Source: an uncultured Bacillota bacterium | GTDB lineage: Bacteria > Bacillota > Dethiobacteria > DTU022 > UBA8154 | Direction of reading: 5' to 3' | DNA: 64,000 nt | Assembly: GCA_937973635.1 (NCBI GenBank) | Contig: CALJJZ010000035.1 | Coordinates: 10,812 to 74,811 of the forward strand | Part shown: one piece after another, positions 1 to 8,893 of the stretch | Numbering within the stretch: position 1 is the stretch's first letter | Layout of the letters: each line of letters starts with the position of its first letter | The notes under the pieces: generated by a model | What the model was told of the DNA's origin: nothing | The model's input: the letters and a program-made list of their open reading frames with translations, nothing else | The model's database searches: none | Position numbers and translations under genes: made by a program

Positions 1-544
1 GAGTGCCGTCAAGAATTTCCCGGTGCAAATACTGCATAAAAGAGCCGCGCTTTCCGAAGTAATTAACCCGCATGGCCAGATCGGCCAGTTCGTCTACACG
101 GCCGGCGGGAAGCCCCGTTACTTCGATTGCTATGGCCAGATCGCCTTTAAAGTAGCAAAGTTCCCTGTAAGCAATTGTCGGCACATAAAGGCCCCGCGGT
201 GCCTCCCGCTCTTCTTGTTTTACTTTTAAAAAGGTGTTCTGCACCACACAATAGGCAGGAGGCCGCAGCCTGATTTCCCTCGCCTTGATTAAATCAAAGA
301 CGGCATGGGCCCGGTTTAGGGCTTCCTCTTGGCCGTACATCCTGAAACAGGCGTCGATTAACGCCAGTTTTACCGCATAAGGAGTAGGCACAAAGAGCGT
401 TTTTCCCCCTTTGCTCGTAGCATGGGTCATGCGTAGGGAGAAGAAGGTGGTCGGTGCATAACTAATAATCAGCCATTTTTCTTTCTGCTCGTCTTTTTCC
501 TCTTCCAGGGGTGCTGCTTGTCTTAAGCCGATCTTTTTGGGCAT
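1..544 (-). CDS. cas5: Cas5-family RAMP protein, 5' part only (ATG at 544..542; the ORF runs off the window start)
   Basis: Manual translation of the minus strand from ATG 544 gives MPKKIGLRQAAPLEEEKDEQKEKWLIISYAPTTFFSLRMTHATSKGGKTLFVPTPYAVKLALIDACF...YFGKRGSFMQYLHREILDGT, an open frame of more than 180 aa. It starts 1 nt after the cas7 stop, and position and size fit the Cas5 slot of a type I module. The family call is tentative. Confidence 0.4.
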   Translation of the reverse strand, partial: MPKKIGLRQAAPLEEEKDEQKEKWLIISYAPTTFFSLRMTHATSKGGKTLFVPTPYAVKLALIDACFRMYGQEEALNRAHAVFDLIKAREIRLRPPAYCVVQNTFLKVKQEEREAPRGLYVPTIAYRELCYFKGDLAIAIEVTGLPAGRVDELADLAMRVNYFGKRGSFMQYLHREILDGT

Positions 545-545
545 C

Positions 546-1532
546 TTATTCACTCCAAGGCTGAACTGAGTTCGCGATCATGCCCATAATCTCGCTGAAG
601 TTCCCCATGCCAGAAAACTGCCATGTCTTTACCTTATCCCCTCCGGAAACCTTGTTCAGGTTGCGAGCAATGACCTCGATCTCCTCCAGGTAATTTTTAT
701 TAAGGGGGCTGAGCGTGGGGGCGGGCAAAGAAGAGAACGAAGCAGCCACCACCCCGCTGAAATCCAGGATATGGGGGTGCTGCGTATTCCTGTGAGCGCC
801 GCCAGGCTTGACAAAGGTATAGAGCACGCTGTTGAGCATGGCTTTAATGCGCTTGTGGCGCATCTCCTCGTCCAGATCGTAATTAAGGGTAATATCGTTG
901 CGTCCGATGCGGTAAAGGTCAATGTTGAGGACTACGGCATATTGACCGCTCGAGGCCGGCCGGTGGAAAATGTTCTGGCCGAGGTTCTGCTCCGAACCGG
1001 AGCCTGTGCCCCTGCCTTCAGGGACATATTTGGCGTGCATGTAGGTTTCTGTCCTGGTAACCTCCGGGCGGCCCACCACCCAACCGAATTCTATGCAGGA
1101 TTTCCTAGCCAGGGATTTGGAACCGGCCCAGCCCGTTAACAGGATACCTTCGCAATCGTCCAGCGTGCACGCCTGGATTACTCTGCTCAAGTTGTAAGAG
1201 TCAACCTTGCCCTGTTCTTTGGCCTTCTGGTATTCCGCGCTTTGTTCCACTTTTTCCGCCAGGGCGAAATCGCCGGCTATCCTGTTGGCGTCAAAGTGGC
1301 TGCATCCGCCGCACAGGGGAAGGGACGATACTTTGGCTTCCCTGAAAAGGTGCTCCGCCTGGATATGTTTAAACATATCGCCGGAGACCGCATTTACAGT
1401 GTAAAGGTTGCCGTCTTCACCCACGATTTCTACCATACGCGTCATCATGGTGTTCCCTTCGGAGCCTTCATTGTTCAGGGCATGTAAGTTCATCGTTACA
1501 AGGCCGGATATGGAGAGGGAATGGAGACGCAT
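546..1532 (-). CDS. cas7: Cas7 backbone subunit (Csa2/DevR-like RAMP)
   Basis: 328 aa. The N-terminal MNLHALNNEGSEGN motif is typical of I-A/I-B-type Cas7 (COG1857-like) and there is a Gly-rich RAMP loop. The gene lies between the cas8-like and cas5-like genes. Confidence 0.6.
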   Translation of the reverse strand: MRLHSLSISGLVTMNLHALNNEGSEGNTMMTRMVEIVGEDGNLYTVNAVSGDMFKHIQAEHLFREAKVSSLPLCGGCSHFDANRIAGDFALAEKVEQSAEYQKAKEQGKVDSYNLSRVIQACTLDDCEGILLTGWAGSKSLARKSCIEFGWVVGRPEVTRTETYMHAKYVPEGRGTGSGSEQNLGQNIFHRPASSGQYAVVLNIDLYRIGRNDITLNYDLDEEMRHKRIKAMLNSVLYTFVKPGGAHRNTQHPHILDFSGVVAASFSSLPAPTLSPLNKNYLEEIEVIARNLNKVSGGDKVKTWQFSGMGNFSEIMGMIANSVQPWSE

Positions 1533-1534
1533 CT

Positions 1535-3277
1535 TTAGATAACCTCCTTTTCTTGTTCCGGTTCTTCCGGTTCTTCTGTTTGTTCCTCTACCTGCACCTC
1601 TGTTTGCGGCTGTGCACTGCCCTCCTGTTTTGGCAGGCGGGCAAAGCCATAAGCGAGGAGGAGCATGCCCACCAGTTCGGCACCGTGCTGGTGAATAAGC
1701 GCAATCAGCTCGTCCAGATCACTCGCGCTTACCTTATGGCGCCTCCACCCGTCTCCTGGAGCTTTAACATCCAAGTTCTCGCTTTCCCAGTTATACTGTT
1801 GGACAAACTCTGCCAGGGCCGCAATGAATTCTTTATCCCCGCCCTTTATTTTCTGTTTCCATTTCTGCGCCAGGCCGAAGCGGACCTCCCTTTCAAATTT
1901 TTTCTGCTTCTGCGCCTGCAGCGCGTAGATCGTCGCCTCCCGCACCGCCCTCGCTATGCTCTGGAACCCTTTTTTTTCAATTATCCCCTGCATGTTATAC
2001 CCCCTTAGCATGATAGTATCCAAAATTCCCGCAGAGATCTTGATCACCCATTCATCCCTGCCCATGCGGTCCATAACATGGACGGCAAAATGATAGCAGA
2101 ACAATAAAAAGTCCTTGAGCTCGCCATTGGCCAGCCAGCGGCGAAACTGCTGCAGCACAGGCACATCATGGGAGCGATCCTCCCTTAAGGATTGCAGGCA
2201 GCCCGTCTCACCGTCTTTCTCTTTCCGCCCCACAAAGGAGCGGATAATCTTAAGGTAGGCGTTAGCATCCTCCCTGTCGTTAATGACAAACCAGGAAGGC
2301 AGGGCGGTGAAAGAATAATTCATTAAGGCCGCGGAAGTCCCCATGTTCTGGAAATAAGCCTGGTGCAAACCTCGCACCACATCTGCCGGCCGCCTGCTAC
2401 GCAGGGGGATGGGGTTGCCCAGCACGTCGGAATGCTGGATCAACAGCTCCGTCAAGCGCAGAGGTGTTTCAATATCCAGCATCAGCTTCCTCTTCCTCGA
2501 GATAACGATCCCGCGCAGCTCCCCACGCAGCTTTGACAAGGCGGAGAGGTAAATGTCTGCCGGCTCGATGACCAAGACCTTAAAGTCCCCGTCAAAACGA
2601 TAGGGGAGCATGGCCCGATAAGCACCGCGGTATTTTAACCACTCGGCAAAGGGATCCACAACTTCGCCCGAAATGCTGCCCGGAGCTGTGGAGTCAGGCT
2701 TCGGCCGGTGCACCCCTTTCCCGGAAATGGGGTTAAACACCTGGCTGTTGTTGACTTTAGGAGCTTCAGGGCTATATGCGCCGGGATCAAGGTTGGCTTT
2801 GATCCAGCGCGCCGCCCGTTTAAGATCTTCGCACAACCATAGATACAGCTGTTTGTCAGAAGACCAGCCTCTGCGCATCATCGCCAGGAAAAGGGCCATC
2901 TGGTACTCCGGGACCGGCGCCGGCGGCTCTTCCAGACCCTGAGCACGCAGCGCCTGGAGCATCTTCTCCCTCTTTTTGTCTGTGGCCAGGCGAAAATCCC
3001 GCTGGGCCTCGGCCTTTTTTCTCTCCTGCTCGTAGTCCAGCACCCAGCCGGCAGGCGGGTTGCCGTCTTTCGGGAGGTAGATAAAAGGGTAACCCGGCTC
3101 GATTTTTGGCCAATCTTCCACTGCCGCAGGGATCTCTTTGCCTTCCAGGACAAAGCGGTCGCCCGCCCCGCAGATACGTACACCGGCTCCGGTCAGCTCT
3201 TCCACCAGGCTCGCCATGCCTACTGCTTCCAGGACATCGGCATAGGTATTGGTCCGCTTGGGCACTACATAGTTCAT
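1535..3277 (-). CDS. cas8: Cas8-like large subunit candidate (start MNYVVPKRT at 3277; the ORF track's upstream extension to 3367 is probably not real)
   Basis: About 580 aa with no other recognisable domain, sitting between cas3 and cas7 as large subunits do. Its ATG overlaps the cas3 TGA (ATGA). The family call is positional. Confidence 0.4.
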   Translation of the reverse strand: MNYVVPKRTNTYADVLEAVGMASLVEELTGAGVRICGAGDRFVLEGKEIPAAVEDWPKIEPGYPFIYLPKDGNPPAGWVLDYEQERKKAEAQRDFRLATDKKREKMLQALRAQGLEEPPAPVPEYQMALFLAMMRRGWSSDKQLYLWLCEDLKRAARWIKANLDPGAYSPEAPKVNNSQVFNPISGKGVHRPKPDSTAPGSISGEVVDPFAEWLKYRGAYRAMLPYRFDGDFKVLVIEPADIYLSALSKLRGELRGIVISRKRKLMLDIETPLRLTELLIQHSDVLGNPIPLRSRRPADVVRGLHQAYFQNMGTSAALMNYSFTALPSWFVINDREDANAYLKIIRSFVGRKEKDGETGCLQSLREDRSHDVPVLQQFRRWLANGELKDFLLFCYHFAVHVMDRMGRDEWVIKISAGILDTIMLRGYNMQGIIEKKGFQSIARAVREATIYALQAQKQKKFEREVRFGLAQKWKQKIKGGDKEFIAALAEFVQQYNWESENLDVKAPGDGWRRHKVSASDLDELIALIHQHGAELVGMLLLAYGFARLPKQEGSAQPQTEVQVEEQTEEPEEPEQEKEVI

Positions 3278-5685
3278 TCTTTCACTCCTTCCGCTGTGCC
3301 CGCAGCTGTGCCTGCCTGATCTGCCAGGCGCAAGCGGCGGACAAGGTACCAGTATAGCGCCAGCCATTTACCGTCCTGCTCGTTGCAAGCCGCAATCAGC
3401 TCCCGGGCAAACTGCCCGCCCCGCATCGCTTCATCCGGCCGGTCCCACAAGCTATTAAGAAGGGGCAGGCCTTCCCGGGATAGGCATTTGTTTAAAGCGT
3501 CCGCAGCTGTGCCGTCAATGCTAAACGCCCCCAGTTTGAGCGCATGGCCGGCGTGGTGCCGGGCGATGGCGGTAATAATGCAGGCAGCCAGCTCCGGTGC
3601 TCCCTCAAAAGTTTGATACAGGTAAAGGCAAACGGCATAAGCCCCCTCCACCGCATGGGGCGGCCGCCGGGGGACGTCCCTGTCAGTTAAAGGGTCAAAA
3701 TCCAGGTGAGAAAGGGGGACAGGAGGTGCCCGGCCCGGCGTCTTCGATTCCTGGTAAGCCCTGGCTATGGACTGCCAGTCCACACTCAGTTTACCCGCAT
3801 CATGTAAAATACACGCCAAGAGGCCGGCCTGTTCCAGCTGCTCTTTTGTCAGCCCGAGGTTCCGGGCCAGTAGCTGCAACGTGCGGGAGTATCCTTGATG
3901 CTGAAGGCGATACTGTTGCAAAACGCGCTCTACGTGCTCCCCCATTGTCTCCATACGATAACGGTAGCGCCCAAGGGTTCCCCTGTCGCGATAGCGCAGC
4001 GCCGACCCGCCTCCCGGCCTTCCCAGGACAAGGCCCAGTTCGGCCGAATAAAAGGCGTATGCAGGGTTTATGGCCAGCAACCAGGCGCCCGGAATTGCCA
4101 CAACGTTTAGCTCGCGCCAGGTGAATTTGAGGGCATAATCTTCCTCCAAACCTGGATCCACAGCAAAGGGCGCTTTAACGACCCATTCAGATGATGGCTG
4201 TGCGGAGGCTTTTTGCAGAAACGACCGCATGCTGGAAACGGGTACGGACAACGTTGCAGGCCAGCTGCCCGTATGTTGGAGCTGGACGGCTTCAGGCTTG
4301 TCCGTAACGACCACATTAACGTTGTTAATGTCGCGAATCAGTTCATCACGGACGCTCTCCAGCCAGCCGTCCATGGCCTGGTTTACTTTGGTACGGCGCT
4401 GATACAAATTTTCATATACTTTCAGAAATTTAACTTCGCGGGCACCGAGGACTTTGTTGACCGCTGCCTGCTCTTCTCGCCAACTCCATACTTTGCCCGA
4501 CAACCCCTGCAGCAATGCCGCCGTCTCCTCCATCTCCTCTTTACTGTAAGGCGGATACCCCGACGCAGGAAAGACCGTGACTGTCCCCTCCCCTCCGTAA
4601 CGGGCACAGCGCCCGGCCCGCTGGACCAGGCTGTTTATGGGCGCAAGCTCAGAGTAAAGGCGCTCTACGGAAAAATCCATGCCTGCTTCCACCACCTGGG
4701 TGCTCACCAGAATAAAATTATCCGGTTCCTGCCAGCTGCCTTTACCCAGCCGCCGCTGCAGCTCCTGCTCCGTCTTTCCCCGGTCTTCGGGATAAAAACG
4801 GGAATGCAGCAGGCGTATCTCCGTAGTTCCAGAGGAGAGGCGGCAAAGCTCTGTATAGATCTCCTGAGCGCGGGAAACGGTATTGGCGATGACCAGCGTG
4901 CGGGATTGGTGAGCTTGCAAAATGTCCGCAAGGAATGATGGGCCTCCATCGGCAAACACCCATTTTCTGGCGGTCGGCTCCCCCTTTTTGCTTTCAATTT
5001 GAGCAATTTCCTCTACATCCAGGTCTATTGTTGTTGTACGGGGCAGTTTTTTCTGCAACCACTCTATGGCGCTATCGGATAAAGTAGCGGTCATGATTAT
5101 AAAATTACAGTAGCCAGACAACCTATCCAGCATCTCTATGGCCGTGCCCATGGAGCGCTGCGGATCAAGGAGATGAAACTCGTCAAAAACTACTAGGCTC
5201 CCCAACAGGGCCCCCGCGTTGATATTGGCCAGACGAAGGGGTAGCGACACCGGGGCCAAAAGATATGCGGAAAGAAGCTGATCAATGGTGGTAAAGATAA
5301 TATCCCCCTGAAAGAACGGGTCTTCCTGCTGTTCGCCGGTTTGCACCGTGACAGCAATACTGTGAATATTTTTATTCCCGCTGCTGACTGCCCGGCAGGC
5401 GTCCCGTGTTATTCCATATAGCTGCCCAGCCAGGGAGCGGAGCGGCAGGGAGTAGAGCACCCGGTCAAAAAGGGGCTCTCCCTCCACCCGGCCCAGTATA
5501 TACGGCAGCAGGGCCGCCCATGTTTTGCCTGCGCCCGTCGGCGCACGCAGGATCAGGTTTGTACCCGCTAGGACAGCAGCAGCCACCCTCTGCTGGTAGG
5601 GGTAAATAGAAATGTCATCCTTTTGCATTAATAAGCGGAAAAGGCGGTTTAATTTATCGTATAAGTTAGCTCTGTTCTCTACCAT
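3274..5685 (-). CDS. cas3: Cas3 helicase-nuclease with the HD domain at the C-terminus
   Basis: 803 aa. Walker A APTGAGKT and a DEFH motif II (VVFDEFHLLD) are in the N-terminal helicase. The C-terminus carries HD motifs (LLACILHDAGKL, AIARHHAGH). C-terminal HD placement is reported for I-U/I-G and some I-A variants. Confidence 0.8.
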   Translation of the reverse strand: MVENRANLYDKLNRLFRLLMQKDDISIYPYQQRVAAAVLAGTNLILRAPTGAGKTWAALLPYILGRVEGEPLFDRVLYSLPLRSLAGQLYGITRDACRAVSSGNKNIHSIAVTVQTGEQQEDPFFQGDIIFTTIDQLLSAYLLAPVSLPLRLANINAGALLGSLVVFDEFHLLDPQRSMGTAIEMLDRLSGYCNFIIMTATLSDSAIEWLQKKLPRTTTIDLDVEEIAQIESKKGEPTARKWVFADGGPSFLADILQAHQSRTLVIANTVSRAQEIYTELCRLSSGTTEIRLLHSRFYPEDRGKTEQELQRRLGKGSWQEPDNFILVSTQVVEAGMDFSVERLYSELAPINSLVQRAGRCARYGGEGTVTVFPASGYPPYSKEEMEETAALLQGLSGKVWSWREEQAAVNKVLGAREVKFLKVYENLYQRRTKVNQAMDGWLESVRDELIRDINNVNVVVTDKPEAVQLQHTGSWPATLSVPVSSMRSFLQKASAQPSSEWVVKAPFAVDPGLEEDYALKFTWRELNVVAIPGAWLLAINPAYAFYSAELGLVLGRPGGGSALRYRDRGTLGRYRYRMETMGEHVERVLQQYRLQHQGYSRTLQLLARNLGLTKEQLEQAGLLACILHDAGKLSVDWQSIARAYQESKTPGRAPPVPLSHLDFDPLTDRDVPRRPPHAVEGAYAVCLYLYQTFEGAPELAACIITAIARHHAGHALKLGAFSIDGTAADALNKCLSREGLPLLNSLWDRPDEAMRGGQFARELIAACNEQDGKWLALYWYLVRRLRLADQAGTAAGTAEGVKE

Positions 5686-5737
5686 AAAACCCTTTAATCT
5701 CCCGACAACCTCCTTTCACCGCTCCGCCGGCGAAAAT

Positions 5738-5767
5738 AATTTACAGAGTATTTATTATTTTAGCAAA
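5738..5767 (-). promoter_or_regulatory. Candidate sigma-A promoter for cas3 (minus strand TTGCTA-N18-TAAATT)
   Basis: Read on the minus strand, TTGCTA lies at 5767..5762 and TAAATT at 5743..5738, in the 135-bp gap upstream of the cas3 ATG (5685). The RBS AAAGGG sits 5 nt before the ATG. Confidence 0.25.
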
Positions 5768-5820
5768 ACCGGTGTGCCAAAGGCTGTCATACTGCCCTCA
5801 GGTGCGGCAATTTTTGTTTT

Positions 5821-6819
5821 TTAATGATTATAGTTGGCGTACGCCTGCTGCAGCTCGCTTCTTACCGCTGCGGCCAGTTCGGGCGGCGAGATGACCCGGG
5901 CCGCAGCCCCGAAGCTCAAAACCCAGCTTTTTACTTTCTCCAGGCCGCTTACGGTCAGCTCCATGATTAAAGAGCCGTCCTCCTGGAAAGAGAGCTTCTG
6001 GGAAGGGTGCCACTGCTTTTCTTTAATACGACGGGCCCGCTTGGGGCTGAACCATATCTTCACAAGGGAGGGGACGTTGCCCCGGAAAAACTGAAAGCTG
6101 TCCTGGAGGTAGACAGCTAGGTCGAAATCATCCTGCCGAAAAAGCCTTTTGCCGGCGGGGAACACTTCTTTAATACGGTCCAGAGCAAAGATCCGCATCT
6201 CCTGCCTTAGATGGCAGTACGCAATCAGATACCAGGCGCCGCGGAAATAGCGAAGGTGCAAGGGGTCAACGGTCCTTTTGGTTTCCTCGTCCCGGTCGAT
6301 GCTGTAGTGGACCATCTCCACGGCCTGCCTTTTGTTAATTGCCGCTCCAATAGCCGCAAAATTTTGCGCCACCTTTTCTTCCTCGCCCCTTAAGGGCTCC
6401 ACTTCAAACTCAACGTTTTCTGATATGTCGGCAAAGTCTACGGTGACGATCTCTGGTAGGCTGGCGCAGATCTTCTGAAAGGCCCTGTTGATTTCGCGTT
6501 CATACGGCCTGCCGGCGCATTTCTTTAAAAGGTTGTGGCCCAGGTACAGGGCAACGAGCTCCCCCTCGGTCAGCCGCACAAAGCGCAGGGAGAAGCCTTC
6601 TTCGGCATAGTAGTAACCTCGTTTCTTAGGGCAAAAGGCCAGGGGTGCACCCAGCCTGTCCCGCATAAACTCTACATCCCGCAGGATCGTCCTCCGGCTT
6701 ACTTCCAGCAGCTCCGCCAGCTGCCTGGAATTGGGATATTTCCCTTCTTTAATCATATTGTCAATGAAGTGCATCCTAGAGATAAAAAAGCGCCTCGTTG
6801 TCGTCTCTCCATCCGGCAT
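5821..6819 (-). CDS. WYL-domain transcriptional regulator (N-terminal HTH, WYL, C-terminal extension), CRISPR-associated by position
   Basis: 332 aa. The HTH segment is NSRQLAELLEVSRRTILRDVEFM and the WYL signature is WYLIAYCHLRQEMRIFALDRIKEV. It is encoded between the cas6-like gene and cas3 on the same strand. Confidence 0.75.
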   Translation of the reverse strand: MPDGETTTRRFFISRMHFIDNMIKEGKYPNSRQLAELLEVSRRTILRDVEFMRDRLGAPLAFCPKKRGYYYAEEGFSLRFVRLTEGELVALYLGHNLLKKCAGRPYEREINRAFQKICASLPEIVTVDFADISENVEFEVEPLRGEEEKVAQNFAAIGAAINKRQAVEMVHYSIDRDEETKRTVDPLHLRYFRGAWYLIAYCHLRQEMRIFALDRIKEVFPAGKRLFRQDDFDLAVYLQDSFQFFRGNVPSLVKIWFSPKRARRIKEKQWHPSQKLSFQEDGSLIMELTVSGLEKVKSWVLSFGAAARVISPPELAAAVRSELQQAYANYNH

Positions 6820-6872
6820 GGCCTCCTGCCCCCTTGCTGTCGAATTATGGCGAAATACAGCGAAAAATATTG

Positions 6873-6884
6873 CGGAATATTCCG
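6873..6884. promoter_or_regulatory. Perfect 12-bp palindrome CGGAATATTCCG in the promoter region of the WYL gene (candidate operator)
   Basis: Seen directly. It is 54-65 bp upstream of the WYL regulator ATG (6819, minus strand), within an AT-rich 145-bp intergenic region. Confidence 0.35.
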
Positions 6885-6964
6885 ATTTTTTATTTTCTGG
6901 TTGTTTCCTCTTATTTTGTTAAATTTCGCCATCCAGCCAGTAATTCCTTCTTTAAAAAAGGGCG

Positions 6965-7951
6965 TTATCCCTGAAAATTTTTTGTTTGGTTAAGCTCGGT
7001 TAAGCAAAAAAAAAGGCGGTATTTGCCCAGGCCAAAGACGGTGTTTTTGCCCACGTGGAGATGTTCGCCCAGAACTAAAAAGGGCAAAAATTCGTCCAGC
7101 GCGCCTTCATAGACCACGGCCCCCAACAGACCGCCCATGCTCAGGCGCTGTTTCTGGCGGCGGGAGTAGCGCTCCCACTCGTGCCAGCGTGTCGTATCCT
7201 CTGTCAGAGTTACTTCCCGGGAGCGTGCAGCCAAGCCGGGATAATCCACGGCAAGCTGTACCCCCTGGTGAAAATAGGCGAGGGCGGAGATGCGGCGCAG
7301 AGCTTGGCGGAAAAAGACGTGAAAATGCGGCCGATAGACAATTTTGCCGCCGTCTTTTAGCTGCAGGGGCGTATCGAAAACGACGCGCAGGCGGGCTGCC
7401 TTCGCCGGAGAGCGCTGCAGCAGCTGGGCGCCGCTGTACGACAGATCCAAGTTTTTAATCACCCCCGTTGCCGCTGTATAGAGCTCCGCCTCCTCTTCCA
7501 AACCACAGGCAGTTACCTCTTCCAGGGTAAAGGGCCGTCGCCCCTGGCCCAGGCCAGCTGCACCCATTTCACGAAAAACAAGGATAAAGTAAGGCAGGAA
7601 GTTGATGGCGCGGCCAATTAAGAGAAGATGGAAGGGGATGGTTTCTCCCGCGAGGTAATCCTTTCTTGTCTCCAGGGGGGGCTGGAGGACAAAGGGGCGG
7701 GGGATACTTTCATATTTGCGCAGGGCCGTAGCCTCAGGGGGCGGGGCAGTTTCAAAGATATAGGCATAGGGGCATTCTTCCCGCAAACCGCAGCCATGGC
7801 AGTCCTGCTGGTGCACAGCGCAACTGATACGCCGAAAAACAGAGCCAAAACCTCCCCGGAAGGTGGCTCCCTTGTAGGGGGGCAGAACCAGGCCCTCCGG
7901 CCCTGCCTTGATATTGAAACGAAAACGCGCTAGACGAAAATTTGCAAACAT
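6965..7951 (-). CDS. cas6: Cas6-like RAMP endoribonuclease candidate with an inserted four-Cys cluster
   Basis: 328 aa. The N-terminus LARFRFNIKAG...LPPYKGATFRGGFGSVFRR resembles Cas6 beta1-alpha1. The Cys cluster reads C-x7-C-x2-C-x5-C (CAVHQQDCHGCGLREEC). The C-terminal Gly-rich loop GKNTVFGLGKY fits the Cas6 G-loop. It sits immediately upstream of the WYL-cas3 block. Confidence 0.45.
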   Translation of the reverse strand: MFANFRLARFRFNIKAGPEGLVLPPYKGATFRGGFGSVFRRISCAVHQQDCHGCGLREECPYAYIFETAPPPEATALRKYESIPRPFVLQPPLETRKDYLAGETIPFHLLLIGRAINFLPYFILVFREMGAAGLGQGRRPFTLEEVTACGLEEEAELYTAATGVIKNLDLSYSGAQLLQRSPAKAARLRVVFDTPLQLKDGGKIVYRPHFHVFFRQALRRISALAYFHQGVQLAVDYPGLAARSREVTLTEDTTRWHEWERYSRRQKQRLSMGGLLGAVVYEGALDEFLPFLVLGEHLHVGKNTVFGLGKYRLFFCLTELNQTKNFQG

Positions 7952-8104
7952 AGCTCTTCACCATTTACCTGTATATTTTTTGTCGGTCGGTTTGCATACC
8001 CTCCTGGCTCCAGAACAGTTATATATTTCCATTTAGCCCGGTTCTTTTCCTCCCCGGCCCCTAAAATTTTAGCTGCCGCACGGCATAAGCCGCATATCTC
8101 CTTT

Positions 8105-8869
8105 TTATCCGGGGCAGGGGATTTCCACATCCAAAATCTGGGAAAAGCCCTGAAAAAGGGCTACGGCAAGCTCGTCGACAGAGACAAAGTAGCCCAGGTC
8201 ATAGAGGCCCGCCCCCTTTTGCGCCAGCCTCTCTAGGTACGCCTTTTTCTCCCGGGGGCCGGGGAATTTGAGGACTTCAGCATAGAGCTCCGGGGAGAGG
8301 GTGAGGAGGATGGAGCCGTGCTGCAAGAGGACCCCCCGGCGGCGCAACTGGGCGCTGCCCGCCACTTTTTTGCCCCGGACCTGGAGCTCGTAAGGGGAGG
8401 GGGCATCAAAACAGGCCCCGGAGGTAAGCCTCCGCCCTTCTTTTTTCGCCGGAGCCAGGGAGGGGTTTATACCCAGCAGGAGGAAAGCCGCCACCAGCCC
8501 CCCGCTCAAGTACCTGTATGCGCCCAGCACGTCCCGGGGCAGGCAGGGATAGTTTTCGGGGAGGACAATGCTGTAGGTCAGCTCGCTGTGGTGCAGGACG
8601 GCCCTGCCTCCGGTGGGACGCCTGACCACATCAATGCCGAGGCGGCGGCAGGCCTGGCGATCCACCACCGTTTCCTCCTTCTGCAAGAAGCCCAGGGAGA
8701 GGGCCGGCGGAGACCAGCGGTAGAGACGCAGCGTAGGAGGCGCCTCGCCGGCAGCCACAGCTTTCATTATCTCCAGGTCTTTCTCCATGTTCACCCTGCC
8801 GGGCAAGGGCGGATCATAGAGACCCTGCCAGCACTCTTTTGCCATATCCGGCCTCCTTTCCTGCGACAC
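8105..8869 (-). CDS. Lipoate/octanoate-protein ligase family protein (BPL/LPL catalytic domain)
   Basis: 254 aa. Family-level resemblance to LplA/LipB-like catalytic domains (RLYRWSPPALSLG..., GRRLTSGACF...). Confidence 0.55.
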   Translation of the reverse strand: MSQERRPDMAKECWQGLYDPPLPGRVNMEKDLEIMKAVAAGEAPPTLRLYRWSPPALSLGFLQKEETVVDRQACRRLGIDVVRRPTGGRAVLHHSELTYSIVLPENYPCLPRDVLGAYRYLSGGLVAAFLLLGINPSLAPAKKEGRRLTSGACFDAPSPYELQVRGKKVAGSAQLRRRGVLLQHGSILLTLSPELYAEVLKFPGPREKKAYLERLAQKGAGLYDLGYFVSVDELAVALFQGFSQILDVEIPCPG

Positions 8870-8893
8870 CGGCGTAAAAACCGGAGATAGAGC

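Noticed and set aside
4213-4938. 241-aa plus-strand ORF inside cas3
   Set aside because: Antisense to a well-supported Cas3 coding frame; no recognisable domain.
1-8100. CRISPR repeat-spacer array near the cas genes
   Set aside because: I looked for regularly spaced direct repeats in all intergenic regions (for example 5686-5820, 6820-6964, 7952-8104). None was present, and the array must be outside the window.
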